Source: Lingula anatina
Lineage: Eukaryota; Animalia; Brachiopoda
NCBI GenBank assembly: GCA_051362555.1
Contig: CM120649.1
Coordinates: 11,470,001-11,534,000, forward strand
Direction of reading: 5' to 3'
Length of the DNA stretch: 64,000 nt
The position numbers and the translations under genes were made by a program. The notes under the pieces were generated by a model. That model searched no databases. It had not been told where the DNA came from and was given only the letters and a program-made list of their open reading frames with translations. Positions 1 through 13,131 of this stretch are shown piece after piece. Within the stretch, counting starts at the first letter, position 1. Each line of letters starts with the position of its first letter.

Positions 1-1309
1 TATCACAGTACGCATCAAAGAAATCAGAGCTGTTCACAGGAATAATACTGTAGACTCCACTTGTATTCACGCCATTGTTATACAGATCTGCGCAGTCCCT
101 TCTCTCTACTAATTCAAAGAAAATCGTTTATATCTTTTGAAGGGGTATTCACAAGATCAATCTTGTTTCAGTAATTTAATGGCAAAGCAAATATCGAAAT
201 ATACACGGTTTATGGTCTAAAAGCCTGACCATCATCTTACCTACATAATAGCATATTGACCGATAAATTACATGAACTTCGCAACAACGCTCACGTATGT
301 TTATCAGTTGGGTGCGCTGTGCCAATTAATGATACTCAAAATAAATAACTTTCTGAGCTTGCTGATTGGAGACATTACAGAAAATGCAATCACTTCTAAT
401 ATACAATCTTGATCAACTCTGAAAGCCCGATGCAGCTCCAAATCCACGTGTTTTGTTTACAAATTATCACACTTACTCTGCCAAGCCTTTAAGATGTATT
501 CTAATTCCAGATACCATATCTTATATGACTAATGGTAAATACCAGATGCTGCGCATACCGCATTACTTTTAACTATATTTTATATGTGTTGTTGTGGCAT
601 CATGTATTGTAATTGAAACCAGCATTCATCAGTCAAATAAACATTAAAGTAACAAAGCGCTGTTCAATTCATTTATCTGATCACTTACCATTTGTAAAGT
701 TAAACGAGGCTGTTACAGAGGCATTATTGACCCCTAATGGCCTTGTATTCGTCGCCGTCAGTCGCACGGTATAGGTGACACCCATATACAGGTTTGACAC
801 GAGTGACGTCACATTATTGCTGTGACCAGGGTCGGCCATGGTCAGCTTGGTGACGTAGGTGCTGTCGTCACTACCAAACTCTTTAATATCTAGAGTAAAG
901 GTTTGGTCAAAGCCGCCGTCATCGCCTGCTGCCCAAGTGACCACGGCAGTGTTTGCTACACTTGTGTTTAACGACGAGATCACTGGTGGTTGTGGAGGGC
1001 CTAGAAATACATCAACACTGGCCCACTATTCTGACATCTTTAAAATAGGCTCATTGCTGTGATGTCGAAAATTTGGACTGAGCTTTGTTGGACTTTATTA
1101 TTTTTGCAGACACTCTGCTAGTTTTGCGGATAAATTTGCCTTCAACGTGAACATTTGTACAACAATTCATTGGACTACGCATATACATGGTGAGCACAAC
1201 GCCCCTTACTTGTATAGTAATAGTAAAATCAATTAATTATTTAGTAACAACTAGCAAAGCACTAACGTACTAGCTAACCGCATTGAAAACAATCTCCCGG
1301 TCGGGGGTG

Positions 1310-1348
<39 letters not shown>

Positions 1349-1782
1349 TATATAATAGACATTTATATTTATAATATATATTTTTATAAAATTAATATTA
1401 TTATTATTATAAATATTTTAAGTATTATTATTTTACGATTAAAAATTCACCAACCAATGCCAGAGTTGAGGAACACCCAGCCACTGTCAGCTACTGTCAT
1501 TGTGTCAGCGCCATCGTAGGTCGTCTTGTCATTTATTTCGCACGTCTTATTTTCCATGTGATAGTTGACAGATACACAGGTGTCAGACCCGAGGTGGAGG
1601 CACCTCACAGTACAGGCAATCTTTGAGCTCACACGCCAAGTCACATACTGCGTGCCACCGAAGACGCCATTTATCAATCGCTGTCCTGTTTGTGCTTTGA
1701 AGTTGCGTTGTCTTAACCCAACAATTTCTGCTGAATTAGCAATATTACAGCTTAGAAGTAACAGCTGGAGCAACTTTGCCAT
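1..1782 (-). CDS. Secreted PAN/apple-FN3-fibrinogen (FReD) protein, paralog A (5' part; continues left of window)
   Basis: Exons 1782-1455 (MAKLLQLLLLSC signal peptide, then PAN: CTVRCL..CVSVNY..CEIN), 1000-689 (FN3: [28 protein letters not shown]) and 105/108-1 (FBG start: [26 protein letters not shown]). Both introns are GT-AG, phase 1. Colinear with the paralog at 5932-9114. Confidence 0.88.
1309..1345. repeat. (TAA)n microsatellite in intron
   Basis: Visible run; explains the poly-Ile ORF 1283-1519. Confidence 0.9.
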
Positions 1783-2212
1783 AATATGAGTTTCACTGAA
1801 TCTTCTAACAACGTTTTCTCCGCTTTTCTTTGCTAAATGAACTTTATGCTTTAACTTTCCATAAAAACTGCTTTTTTCAATCACCTTTCCCCCAGCTGCT
1901 TTAATTAATCGAAACTCAAGATTTAAATAAGAGTAACACATAATGCATGGGATATAATGTATTTGGATTTTCTAAACCAATCAATATCTACTTAATTTCC
2001 CTTAGCAAAGAACACTTAAACTTCGTAAAGAAAAGCCCTTGTATTTCGCCGTCGATCATATTGACCTTTTATGTTATGTAGGAACAGTAAAATTGTAATT
2101 ATTGAACTGATGATGGCAATGGTCAGTTAATCAATTTAAGTTCATTGAAAAAGAGACGAATATTCAAGAACGGCGGCAGAAAGTAAATATCCGTAAAAAT
2201 ATGCTGGTAAAG

Positions 2213-2469
2213 TGAATGATACATGTCGTAGATTAAATATCACTGAATGATACATGTCGTAGATTAAATATCACTGAGTGATACATGTCGTAGATTAAAT
2301 ATCACTGAGTGATACATGTCGTAGATTAAATATCACTGAGTGATACATGTCGTAGATTAAATATCACTGAGTGATACATGTCGTAGATTAAATATCACTG
2401 AGTGATACATGTCGTAGATTAAATATCACTGAATGATACATGTCGTAGATTAAATATCACTGAGTGATA
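2213..2469. repeat. 31-bp minisatellite, ~8 copies
   Basis: Unit GATACATGTCGTAGATTAAATATCACTGA(G/A)T repeated head to tail without spacers. Confidence 0.95.
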
Positions 2470-3459
2470 TATACAACTGCTTAAAGGGATGACAACTGTT
2501 CATTTTGGCAAAACATTAATTTTCCTGGGGTAAACAATTTACTATAGGGGTGGGTTCATTTCAATTCCACGCGAGCTTCGGGTATAAAAGCATTAAGACC
2601 AATCAATATTGATCAGACCCTTGTTTTTTTTTTTCCTCAATCCATAGTCAACTTCCATATGGACATATTTTCGTTATGCGCTTTCTGTTCAGCAGCGAAT
2701 GTAATCAAACGGGTTTCTCAGACTAGAATTTTGGATCGACATGAACGCAGTTTTGTTTTAAAAGCTTTGTTTTTACTATTTAGTGTTTTCTTTATTACAC
2801 ATGTAAAATGCTACTTTTTCTAAAGTTTCATTTACTTCCGAAGATTCATAAAAAATATCGTTATTTCTGGTCTTCAACCACTTAAGCCCTTACTGTTAAC
2901 TTCAAAAAAATCCTGCTGTCTTGGTTCTCCTTTCTATCCCTTGCCAGCCATAATGGCTCAGTAACTTGAACTTCAATTTAAAAAAGTGGGGGGGGGGGAT
3001 AAAAAGGAAAAAATATGAAAAGAAAGAGAATGAAATTTCTGTGTCACCATGAATCAATCATTATTGCTTCAAAGGTACTGACCATACAAAAATTAATTCT
3101 ATGCTCTACTAGTAATCTAATTGCCATCTAAGCCCACTGTTTTATGTATCATCTGGCATTATACAGCTGTATCTGCAAATGCATTTTTAAACATTGCAAC
3201 AGGATATATCTCAAGTATCACTTCTGGAGCATTACTATCATTTAACTCCATTTTGACTAAAGTTTCTGTATAATATTTCCTCTGTTCGTTCGTCCCATCC
3301 TGATTATCCTCATCTTGAACTTTCTTTTTTTATAGAATTACGTGGCACCAAGGTCCACTGTGTTTTATACTTATCTTCATTTAACTTTTTGAAAAAATGA
3401 AGTGAAATCCTAGTCCTCTGTGGGATATCCTCATCTTGAAAATCATTTTCATAGACTGA

Positions 3460-3800
3460 AGTGAAACCCTGGTGTGACTCATTTCATGCTTTTTTAATTT
3501 ACTTTTGACACTAAAACTCTTTTTAAAATGCTGACATTTAAATGGTTTCTCTCCAGTATGGTACTTTCATGTCTGGTACAACTATGTTTGAAAGTGAACT
3601 TTTTCATACAATACTGGCATTTGAATGGTTTTGTCCAGTGTGGATCCTTTCATATTGTTTATATTTACTTTTGACTCTGAATCTCTTTTCATAATACTGG
3701 CATTGGAATGTTTTATCTCCAGTGCGATTCGTTTCATGTTGCGCACAACTCAGTTTAAAAGTAAATTTTTTTTTCACAAAACTGTCATTTGAATGGTTTT
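3460..3800 (-). pseudogene. Decayed C2H2 zinc-finger gene
   Basis: Minus strand reads HTGEKPFKCQHFKKSFSVKSKLKKHEMSHT, plus about three further KPFKCQ-type finger remnants. Frameshifts and lost Cys residues; no long ORF. Confidence 0.75.
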
Positions 3801-5931
3801 TTTAAAAAGTTAAATGTCCATATGAAGTTAAAACTCTAAATAATATGCAGTCCATTGAAATAAAATATTATCCTTTCTTTTCTTCGTAAACTACGCAATA
3901 AATGAATCATGTGCAGATATAAAGTATCACTATACTAGTAAATTAATTTTTATGGAGTCGTTGGCATGTACAACCTCATCTCAATTTCCCTTATCTCATT
4001 CTCACTTAAACAGCTTAATCGCTGCTAAATCCCCGATCTCGCGAACTCTTTCACGCCGATTTCTTCGATTTACTATAAAACAAGGCGACTTCCTGGTAAA
4101 TAAATCAGTTTCGGATATCGAAACAAAGCTGCTCTGTGCCGTTACAGTAACTTTTCTTTGATAACTCATGTCGAGAATGCATGTACATGTATATATGTAT
4201 ATACCTATCCATTTGTTTTATTTATTTACTTATTTAATTTTGTGGAGAGCATATAATGCTTCCAGCGCCTTGCCTCCACTTCATTCTTTTGAATAAACGT
4301 TGTTTAAAAAATGTATATACTGCACAGGTAAACTTGTATATCCAGGTACAGTGCTTGATCCAGATACAACTGGGTGATTGCTTCCAAACCCACAACTGTT
4401 CTCCTCTGTTGATGAACCTATAAGTTAAAGGGAAGGGGATAGTTACACAAGAGCACACGAGCTGATTGCGTCTTTTGTCCCCAAGGGTCTATACTTTAAT
4501 TTTGCACACTATTTGAGGGGAAATAAATACCGGGTTTATATGGGATCATCAAGAACTACCTACGGGGGCCGAATTTTTTATTATGTGGCCATTTTCTCTG
4601 AGCGGAATATAACCGTTAATTTAACCAGAGACATGGCTGTGAATATTTAGTGAAAAATCAATCTGTGGCCCTTGTAGAGTGTAAACAGTAATAGGCAAGA
4701 AATTCAGGCAGATTTTTTAATCCGCCTAGGCGAGATTTCCAATGTACTCATATTGTGACCAGCTTCAGCTTCTCTAGATCTGTATTACGCTCAATGCCAG
4801 GAGGTAGGATGTTAATCAGTTTTTCTGACTGCATTCAGCAAGAGTCCCCATGGAGAAAGTGCTCTTTGGCTAGGTGACATAACTCATTGTGAACGGCACG
4901 GCTGTGCCACTGAAGAAGACTTTGAGAGTTAATTTTAAATGTGGTGACAACAACGTGGAGTATTTGTCCTTTTTTAGGCTTGTAACTTTTAAAAGGTCCA
5001 GAAGGCTTTTAAAGGGCTTTTATTCGCCTGTTGTTAACAACAAAAATAGAACTTTAATAACATATCGCAACCCTAAAACTTAATAACTTTATACATTTTG
5101 CCCGAATAGCAATCCAATTTCTTTTTATTGTGTTAATTGCTGAATATACTTTTATTTTTAAGTCGGTGGTCCAATATTTGTGTCAGTGTGAGGATTCAGA
5201 TAACATAAAGCTAGCCGAACATTACAATATATACTTGAGAAGATAAATTAAAGGTTGTTACAAGGGATGCATTACAGTTGGTCACGGCTTCATCTGATTC
5301 TTGGCACCTACTTCTGAGAGCTAATACAGATTGTGTCTGTTTTGCCTTGAGCACATGATGTATGGTATGGAATCGATCTTATCCGAGATAATGTTCGTTT
5401 TTTTTCCTTTTTTTTTTTTTCACTAGGGAGAGGATAGGTAAAATCTGTTATTAGGTTTGTGGTTATTGCACTTCAACCGCACGAAGGCTTAATTTTCAGG
5501 ACATGCATTTGTCTGAATAAAGTATGGCTTTTTTGGGGTTTCCGTTTGAACGATTAAATCCAGCAGTAAAAATGTCTCAATTCAATAATTGGCTTTTATT
5601 CAAAGGAGGAACACCTAAAATGATCAATGATGCAGTGGTTGGGTTTTCTTGTCACAACTGTTGTGCGCTGTGCGGGGGGAAATGACTAATGTTTGAATTA
5701 TAACAATTATATGAAGCAACCGGTATCCGACTTGATATTTTATTATGGTCTAAAATTTAAGCTCAAAGCAGTACCTTAATCAAAGAAAGGGGAAAGTCTT
5801 CATCGAAGAAATGGGAAGGCGCTTTACCTTAAGGCTGAAAAAGAAAAAAACACATTTTTTGTGAAAAGAAAAATGATTTGCAGCGCTTAAAAAAGAAAAG
5901 TTTTTCTCTAAAGGCGTGCTTCAGACTATCA

Positions 5932-8900
5932 ATGGAGCTACATGCACAGTTACCGTTGCTCCATGTGTTGTTTATGCTTTGTCGCATCGCTAATATAGCA
6001 TCAGGTGTCGAGTTTAGACAAGGTAACTTAGGGGTACAGACAGGACGGCGGTTGGTAAATGGCGTCTTCGGTGGTACACAGCGTTTGGCTTCCTGTGCAA
6101 GTTCAATGATTGAATGCTCTGTGAGGTGTCTCCGCCTCGGATCTGAGACCTGTGTATCTGTCAACTATCACGAGGAAAATAAGACGTGTGAAATAAATGA
6201 CAAGACGATCTACGATGGCGCTGATACAATGACAGTAGCTGACAGTGGCTGGGTGTTCCTCAACTCTGGCATTGGTTAGTGTTCTTATTTAAATGTAATT
6301 GTCATTGTTTGAACAGAATGCATGTTTTTTTCTCATTTATAAGATGCCCCCCCTTTAATCACCAAAACAAAAAAATTAACGGTTATTTCATTAAGATTTG
6401 TATAGAAATTAAAAGTACCTGTACATCCCTCACATACTGCCATTTTACACGCAAATCCAATGTGTTCGAAAATTATTTTTTAGAAAATTAAACCTTACAT
6501 AAATTTTAGCTGCCAGATGACGATGTATGTTTTGTGACAGGACCCCTTTCGTCAAAGTGTCCAAAACAAAGACGCTGCATCTTACTATTTCTAGCCTCCC
6601 CACAACCACCAGTGATATCATCGTTGAACACAACTGTAGCAAACATTGCCGTGGTCACTTGGGCAGCAGGCGATGATGGCGGCTTTGACCAAACCTTTAC
6701 TCTAGATGTTAAAGAGTTTGGTGCTGACGACAGCACATACGTCACCAAGCTGACCATGGCCGACCCAGGTCACCGCAATGATGTGACGTCAGTTATATGG
6801 AACCTGAATACAGGCACTATGTATACCATGCGGCTGACGGCGACAAACACGAGACCTATTGGAGCCAATAACGCCAGTGTCTCGCTTAACTTTGCAATCA
6901 GTAAGTGTATCGGAAAGGGAATTAAATGGGTTTTTCACTCCTTTTTTATGATATTCTCATCTAGCCTTCTATCTTGATACCTGTGATATACTGAACGGCA
7001 ATATAATACATATTTAGGTCCTGTAGGATTATAGTCAAAACAGTAATTCAATTGCTATGCTGCACGACCGGTGTTTTTGTGAGAAAACAAGCATACACAA
7101 ACCTATTGAAAATGTTAACATATTTAAATTGTGGCCTTGGAAATAATACAAAAGAGCTTGTTAGTACTTCCATAAACAGTTACGGTATCGATTTAATCTT
7201 TTGAACACATCATATAACCCAGATGCCTGTTTGTATGGGGTTTTGAATGATTTTTCCTATAAGTATGTGGTTACCACGGTCAGGTTTCTGACTTGCATTT
7301 ACAACGCATTTACAACGCGCATTTTAGCATATTTGCATTATAATTACATAGGCAAGAAGAGGTTTGTTAACTTGCTCTTAAATATCGTTCACCTTGACTT
7401 ACTAGAGAGAAAAGACTGCGCAGATCTGTATAACAATGGCGTAAATACCAGTGGGATCTACAGCATTATTCCTGTGAACAGCCCCGATTTCTTTGACGTG
7501 TACTGTGATATGGTCACTGATGGAGGAGGATGGACGGTCAGTTCTGATATCAATATCTGTTCAATTTAGAAATGACCAAAACTTTCTTCATAACTTGTAT
7601 AGAAATCTTGATTTAAATGGACATGTAGTCTTAACTGTCTTATACATATCTGAACTGAAGTTTTTTAAAACATTTTATTTCATAGCCAACATGTACACTA
7701 ACAAAAGACCTCTGATAAAATACGTTGTACTTTAAAACTCTGTCTTTGTAACTTACTGTATGTTCAATATTGTCATTTTACTCGATTCCATCCATTTTGT
7801 TTTCATATTCAGTTGTTTCAGAAGCGCATGGACGGCTCTGTTGACTTCTATAGTAATTGGACTGCGTACAAAAACGGCTTTGGAAATCTAAGTGGAGAAC
7901 ATTGGTTAGGTATAGAAACCGTAATAAAAAGCCAATACTAACAATATGTACTGTTACGAGAAGTCCCAGAAGAAAAAAAAGCTTGTCTACAAATGTATAC
8001 ATACAAGTCAACCGTTAGAAGTTGGGCCTGCAATTACTTTATTCATATGAATACACTCCAATGCCACTTCTTATCCGTTTGGCGGTTACTTCGTCTTCTT
8101 TAAATTTTGTGATACCTTGAAAAAACTAAAAACACTACAGCTGGAAGGAAGCAAGATAAATGTGTAAAAGCTCATAAAATATTTATTTACAGGTAACGAC
8201 AAGATCCACCTCCTGACTGAACAAGACAGCTATGAGCTGCGTGTGGATATGGAGGACGCGGACGGTATCTGGGCGTACGCACACTACGGCCATTTGGCTG
8301 TCTCATCAGAGTCGGCCAACTATCGGTTAACTGTTGGAACATATTCTGGAACTGCAGGTAGTGTTATCTTGACACCATGTACTACATATATAATTACAAA
8401 TGTCACACAAACAAACTGGCAGCTCGCCTGTATTTACTTGGCCAATTAACGTGCTTATTATGCCGTTAACAATGCCAATTGGGATGTGGTCTGGGCCACG
8501 TCCTAATTGGGATGTGGTCTGGGTCACCTAGGAAGAGTACTGGATTGGAATATGGCCTGTGACATATATATAAATATATATGATCGACCCCACTTGAAAG
8601 CGATGCGACATAATCCCCTAATGGTCTCCCCACCTCCCACATGCACCATGCCTACAGAGGTCAAGCAATTTTAATTTCGGAGCCGAGATTGAATTCGCTT
8701 TATCGCTAGGCTCTTGCAGGCATGGTGCGTGTGGGAGGCGCGGAGACCATAAGGGGGGTTATCCCGCATCGCTTTCAAATGGGGTTGGTCATATTTGATT
8801 CACAGACCAGTTAGTCCGTGGATAATCTGTTCTGAATGCGGCCTCACACTATTTCAGGTGATTCGCTCAGACGTCAGAACGGTTGTGCTTTCAGTACGTA

Positions 8901-9114
8901 TGACAGAGATCATGACACCTGGGACAACGGTAGCTGTGCTCGAAAATACAAGGGGGCGTGGTGGTATCAAAACTGTCACCATTCGAACTTGAACGGCCTG
9001 TATCACCTTGGTAACCACACGTCATTCGCTGACGGGGTCAACTGGCACCACTTCAGAGGGCGTAACTATTCTTTGAAAACAACGGAAATGAAAATCCGTC
9101 CTGATGACTTTTAG
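5932..9114 (+). CDS. Secreted PAN/apple-FN3-fibrinogen (ficolin/tachylectin-like FReD) protein, paralog B, ~432 aa
   Basis: Exons 5932-6274 (SP+PAN), 6595-6900 (FN3), 7406-7536, 7813-7909, 8193-8357, 8858-9114 (FBG). Total 1299 nt, all phases consistent. FBG motifs: [67 protein letters not shown]. Confidence 0.92.
8578..8794. mobile_element. Fold-back MITE (~215 bp) in last intron of FReD B
   Basis: ATATGATCGACCCCACTTGAAAGCGATGCG... pairs with ...CGCATCGCTTTCAAATGGGGTTGGTCATAT. Imperfect palindrome over most of its length, AT/TA-flanked. Confidence 0.75.
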
Positions 9115-9814
9115 GCGGGATCTAAATCCAGAGTAGGAATCTTTTTTGGTTCCTAGGAACGGGGTATTTTAATTATTTTTGGATAAGATTATTCGAGTTG
9201 ATGACATATGATATGGACCCCAGTATCATATTAATTGACTTTTTTGCATGCCTTCAATGATACCTATGTAGTTTTATGTACATAATAACTGAAATGGATA
9301 ATGCATGGTCGACCAAATTAGATTATACTTTTTAAATTCGTATTTTTTCACGATCAGTTTTTTTTTTTTTACCTTCACCTTCTTTGGTCTTGGTCACAAC
9401 TGATTATTCTAATGGTTTTAAGGAAAAAAAAGACAATTTATAGATCTTGATGATCTAAAGTCAGGAAATTATGTTGTCTTAGTTCTACTCGAGCATAATC
9501 CTCTATGTTGATAAGGACTCCCCCCCCCCTTCCACCCCGACCCCCACCCACACCCCCTGGGACAGTTTACATTCTGTTCATTCTGACTGTTGTGGGCACC
9601 GGAATCCTACAATGACAGCTTTAATATAACTATAATGTAACTGTGTAGATTTAATTGTACAGGTAAATATTTTTGTGAAATTTCAGAATTGTCAAATAAC
9701 TTGTTGAAACCTAATTCCACATTTTTTAAACTTCGATATTTATTTTGATGATCTAATAATGAACTGTTCTATTGAGAATATTATGGTATTTTAATTATGT
9801 TTCAAAACGCCTTA

Positions 9815-10083
9815 GAGAGCATTCACATCGAGAAGAGCCGAGGTCTAGCAAGGCCGAGACCTAAATATGGCGGACCTACATGAAAGGAAGGCCGCGTAAT
9901 CCTTAAATAGTCTCTCAATGAATGTCACCAACATGAAAGGAAGACCGCGTAATCCTTTAATGACATTCATTGACATTCATTGAGAGACCATTGAAGGATT
10001 ACGCGGTCTTCCTTTCATGTAGGTCCGCCATATTTAGGTCTCGGCCTTGCTAGACCTCGGCTCTTCTCTACGTGAATACTCTC
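9815..10083. mobile_element. PIF/Harbinger-type (Tourist-like) MITE
   Basis: ~100-bp near-perfect TIRs (GAGAGCATTCAC.../...GTGAATACTCTC). TTA duplicated at 9812-9814 and 10084-10086. Confidence 0.85.
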
Positions 10084-10843
10084 TTAGTGTTTTGAGCATA
10101 CCCCCTCAAAAAAAAGGAAGAAAAAGAAAAAAAAAGAAAAAATCCTCTGAATAATAATTGTGTTATTGTGAATTCAAAAATGAACTTATTTGATCAACTA
10201 GTGCTGAACATTGTGTGCAAAGATTTAATTCTGTATTGCTCTAATGATGTCATTCTTTGCACTGTTTGTAATATTTTATACCACCGCTTTAACTCTATTC
10301 GTGTTTTTAATGAATATGCATAATAAAAAAAGAAAGAAAATATACGCGTTATGGTTTGTAGTTTACTTTATATATTAAAAAATACATACACTAAACAATT
10401 AGTATTGTAAAAATATCATAAAATGCAGAATAAAATGACATCAGTAAGACACGACCAAATCAAATAAGTAGATTTCTCGATGTGAAAAGTATCTGCAATT
10501 GCAGAAACCAATCATCTTTGCGCCCGTGGATCGTTTGAGCTCATCTAAAGCCTCGGTCACAACCGGCCGTACGGGCTCTTACGTCCAAATTTTGCGCGGA
10601 ATCTCACGTCCCACGCAAGTCCTTCTTACGAAATTTCGAGTTCGCAGACTGCCCGTAAGCACGTACGGAGGATGTTGGACATGTCCAAAAGATTCTACGA
10701 ATAGCCTGCGAACAGCGAGGCCGCAAGCGTAGGAAAAAGAATGTATGTCAACATATTTTATTCATTATGTACAGTGGCACTAGATGTCCCTGGAATATAA
10801 GCAGCTATTAACAGTATCATGGCATTATCGTGGTCAGTGTTAT

Positions 10844-11127
10844 CCCGCACGAAAACGAAGCAGATACTCCAGCGCAGTAGACTACTGCAATCATACTGCA
10901 AACATGCTTCAAATCTGCTTCGATGTGGGAGCTAATTAGCATATTTGAAACATGCTTCTATCATGCTGCTAATCTACTGCATTAATGCTCCTCCTCTGTA
11001 CAACCCTATGTAATTTTTGAAGTAGAATTGCAGTAGGCTATGCTGCATTTCTACTGCAAATATGCTCCACACCACTACTGCGTTAATGCTTCTTTGCTAC
11101 TTCGATACTACTGCATTTTTGTGCGGG
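10844..11127. mobile_element. Non-autonomous TIR element with CCC termini (CMC/EnSpm-like)
   Basis: CCCGCACGAAAA...TTTTTGTGCGGG with AT on both flanks; internal CTACTGC repeats. Confidence 0.6.
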
Positions 11128-11410
11128 ATGAGTGCCATGTGACCGGACATGCCACACTTAATGGTCAATATCACATAATTCCACCCAAGCAGGACGCTGA
11201 GGGTTTGTTTAAGTTTAAATCCTCACGGTGACGAAAATCGACCGAAATGGCCCCTTTGTTTTGCAAAAGTGTTTATACTATGAGTCATGACGTTTCGATC
11301 CTCCATCAGAAGCCCTCGATCACATGACTGACTCATCGATAACAGCTCCGAGATAACAGTGAAAGCCTCTTTTTCACTGAAACAATAGATTCTCTTAGTG
11401 AATAAATAAT

Positions 11411-13088
11411 CTAAAAAGGCAGCACTTTCGTAAATGAAGGCTTTTCAGTTTTGTCCTTGCTTTTCTTATTAAATCCAAGGTTTCGTTTCAGTCTGGTAAT
11501 GTGTCTCCCTAACGTCACGCCATCCAGGGCGACAATGCCGATTATGATTCCTAGAAGGATAAAGAGTCCAAATGTCCCAATGACCACCGCCCCTTCGGCC
11601 TCCACCGGCGGTTCCCCTCTCTGTTTGGCAGATAAGGGCAGGGCTTGTGCGGGGGCGTCTGAAATCGGACAAAAATCTCGTAAAGGCACAAAATTAGTGT
11701 TATACTGTATATAGAAAAATATCATTATTCTAGATATTTCAACTCTTGGGCCAAGGACTACAGACAGTTCCTAGAGAAAGAGTGGAGGCCGAGAATAATG
11801 TCACAATGAATTGGGTATAATAATGGAAAATTGTTTGCTTTTATTTTTTATTTTGAAGGAGGATGGGGAGAAAGTGCCTTTTCCGAAGCTAAGGGAGGGG
11901 GAGGGGTGTCCCATAAATCCTCTTCCCCTTTCCCCGCCCCCCTCCCCAGATCCGCCACTGCGCACTTACGCAAACGTACAGTACGCACGTACCCGAGCAC
12001 TCCTTGAGAACTGGTGTCCACACTCCGTGTATATTGCACTTGGCTGTTCGCTGTGTGAAGCCGTCAGGGAAAGTGGTGCCGTTCTGACAGCTGTATTTTA
12101 TCACAGAGCCGTACACCAGACTGGTGAAGTTCATCGACTCCACGCTCTGAAGAGTTGGTGGCGGGGGACACGTTACAACTAAAATGCATAAATAGATTTA
12201 AAACTTACTCACATAATATCTGATGGCAATAGATAAAACAAAACAAATGAAACATCTAATTTCCATGTAGAAATGAATGCATTTGCGAATAAAAATTAAC
12301 ATTATCTTTTAAAATTCCTTTAAAGAAATTTACGAAAAAAGCTTACCACGCTAGGTTGTTACCTTAATAGAACGTCTTCATTTTATAAATGAAGAGTGGT
12401 TTTATGTGAATCTACACAAGAATGAGGACAGGTACAGGAGTAGGCCGTGGGAATATGACTGTTCTCTCATATTTGCCAGTTTTGTTACCTGTGCAACGCC
12501 AATTACTGGGCAAAGGCGCCCAAGCCCCGTGCTCCAAACAGACAAAGTCCGCCGTTTTGGTAGTATTATCAAACCATAGTCCAGAATGGCACCAAACTCT
12601 TACAGCCGTTCCTAGCATGGTGGTTGTATCATTCAGCGTAACATTGGATATCTGTTGGTTAAGTGATGGGCACTCTGAAATATCAAATATAAGGATTTTT
12701 TGGCGAAGTGCTACAAAATAATACAATCCCTGAATTATTTATTGAAAGACGTGTTACACGGACATTCTTACAGAAAAAAAAACAATACTGTGTTAATTAA
12801 TAGAGAGATGTATCAAGAAAAATTGAACTGTCCCATAATATCGTCACAAATGTATTAATTACAGATACCAAGACAATCATTCAGCGTCAAAACACATTAT
12901 TCCATCAACAACAATAAAATTCAGCGTTATTACCACTACAATTGTGAGGGGATTTTTTTTCACATTTTTGGAAGAATATGTTTTTCATCTGTGACTGTGT
13001 ATATCACAACTGATGAATAATCTGGCTCGCTATGCCAAGATACATTTCCTCAAACAAATAGCGGCGGATTCAAATGCTTCTGAGATGC

Positions 13089-13131
<43 letters not shown>

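Noticed and set aside
2213-2469. CRISPR-like periodicity of the 31-bp array (also the 32-bp array at 15680-16122)
   Set aside because: Units are contiguous with no unique spacers, there are no cas genes, and the context is eukaryotic. These are minisatellites.
5535-5543. kB-like site GGGGTTTCC upstream of FReD B
   Set aside because: A single 9-bp match that could arise by chance; I saw no counterpart upstream of paralog A.
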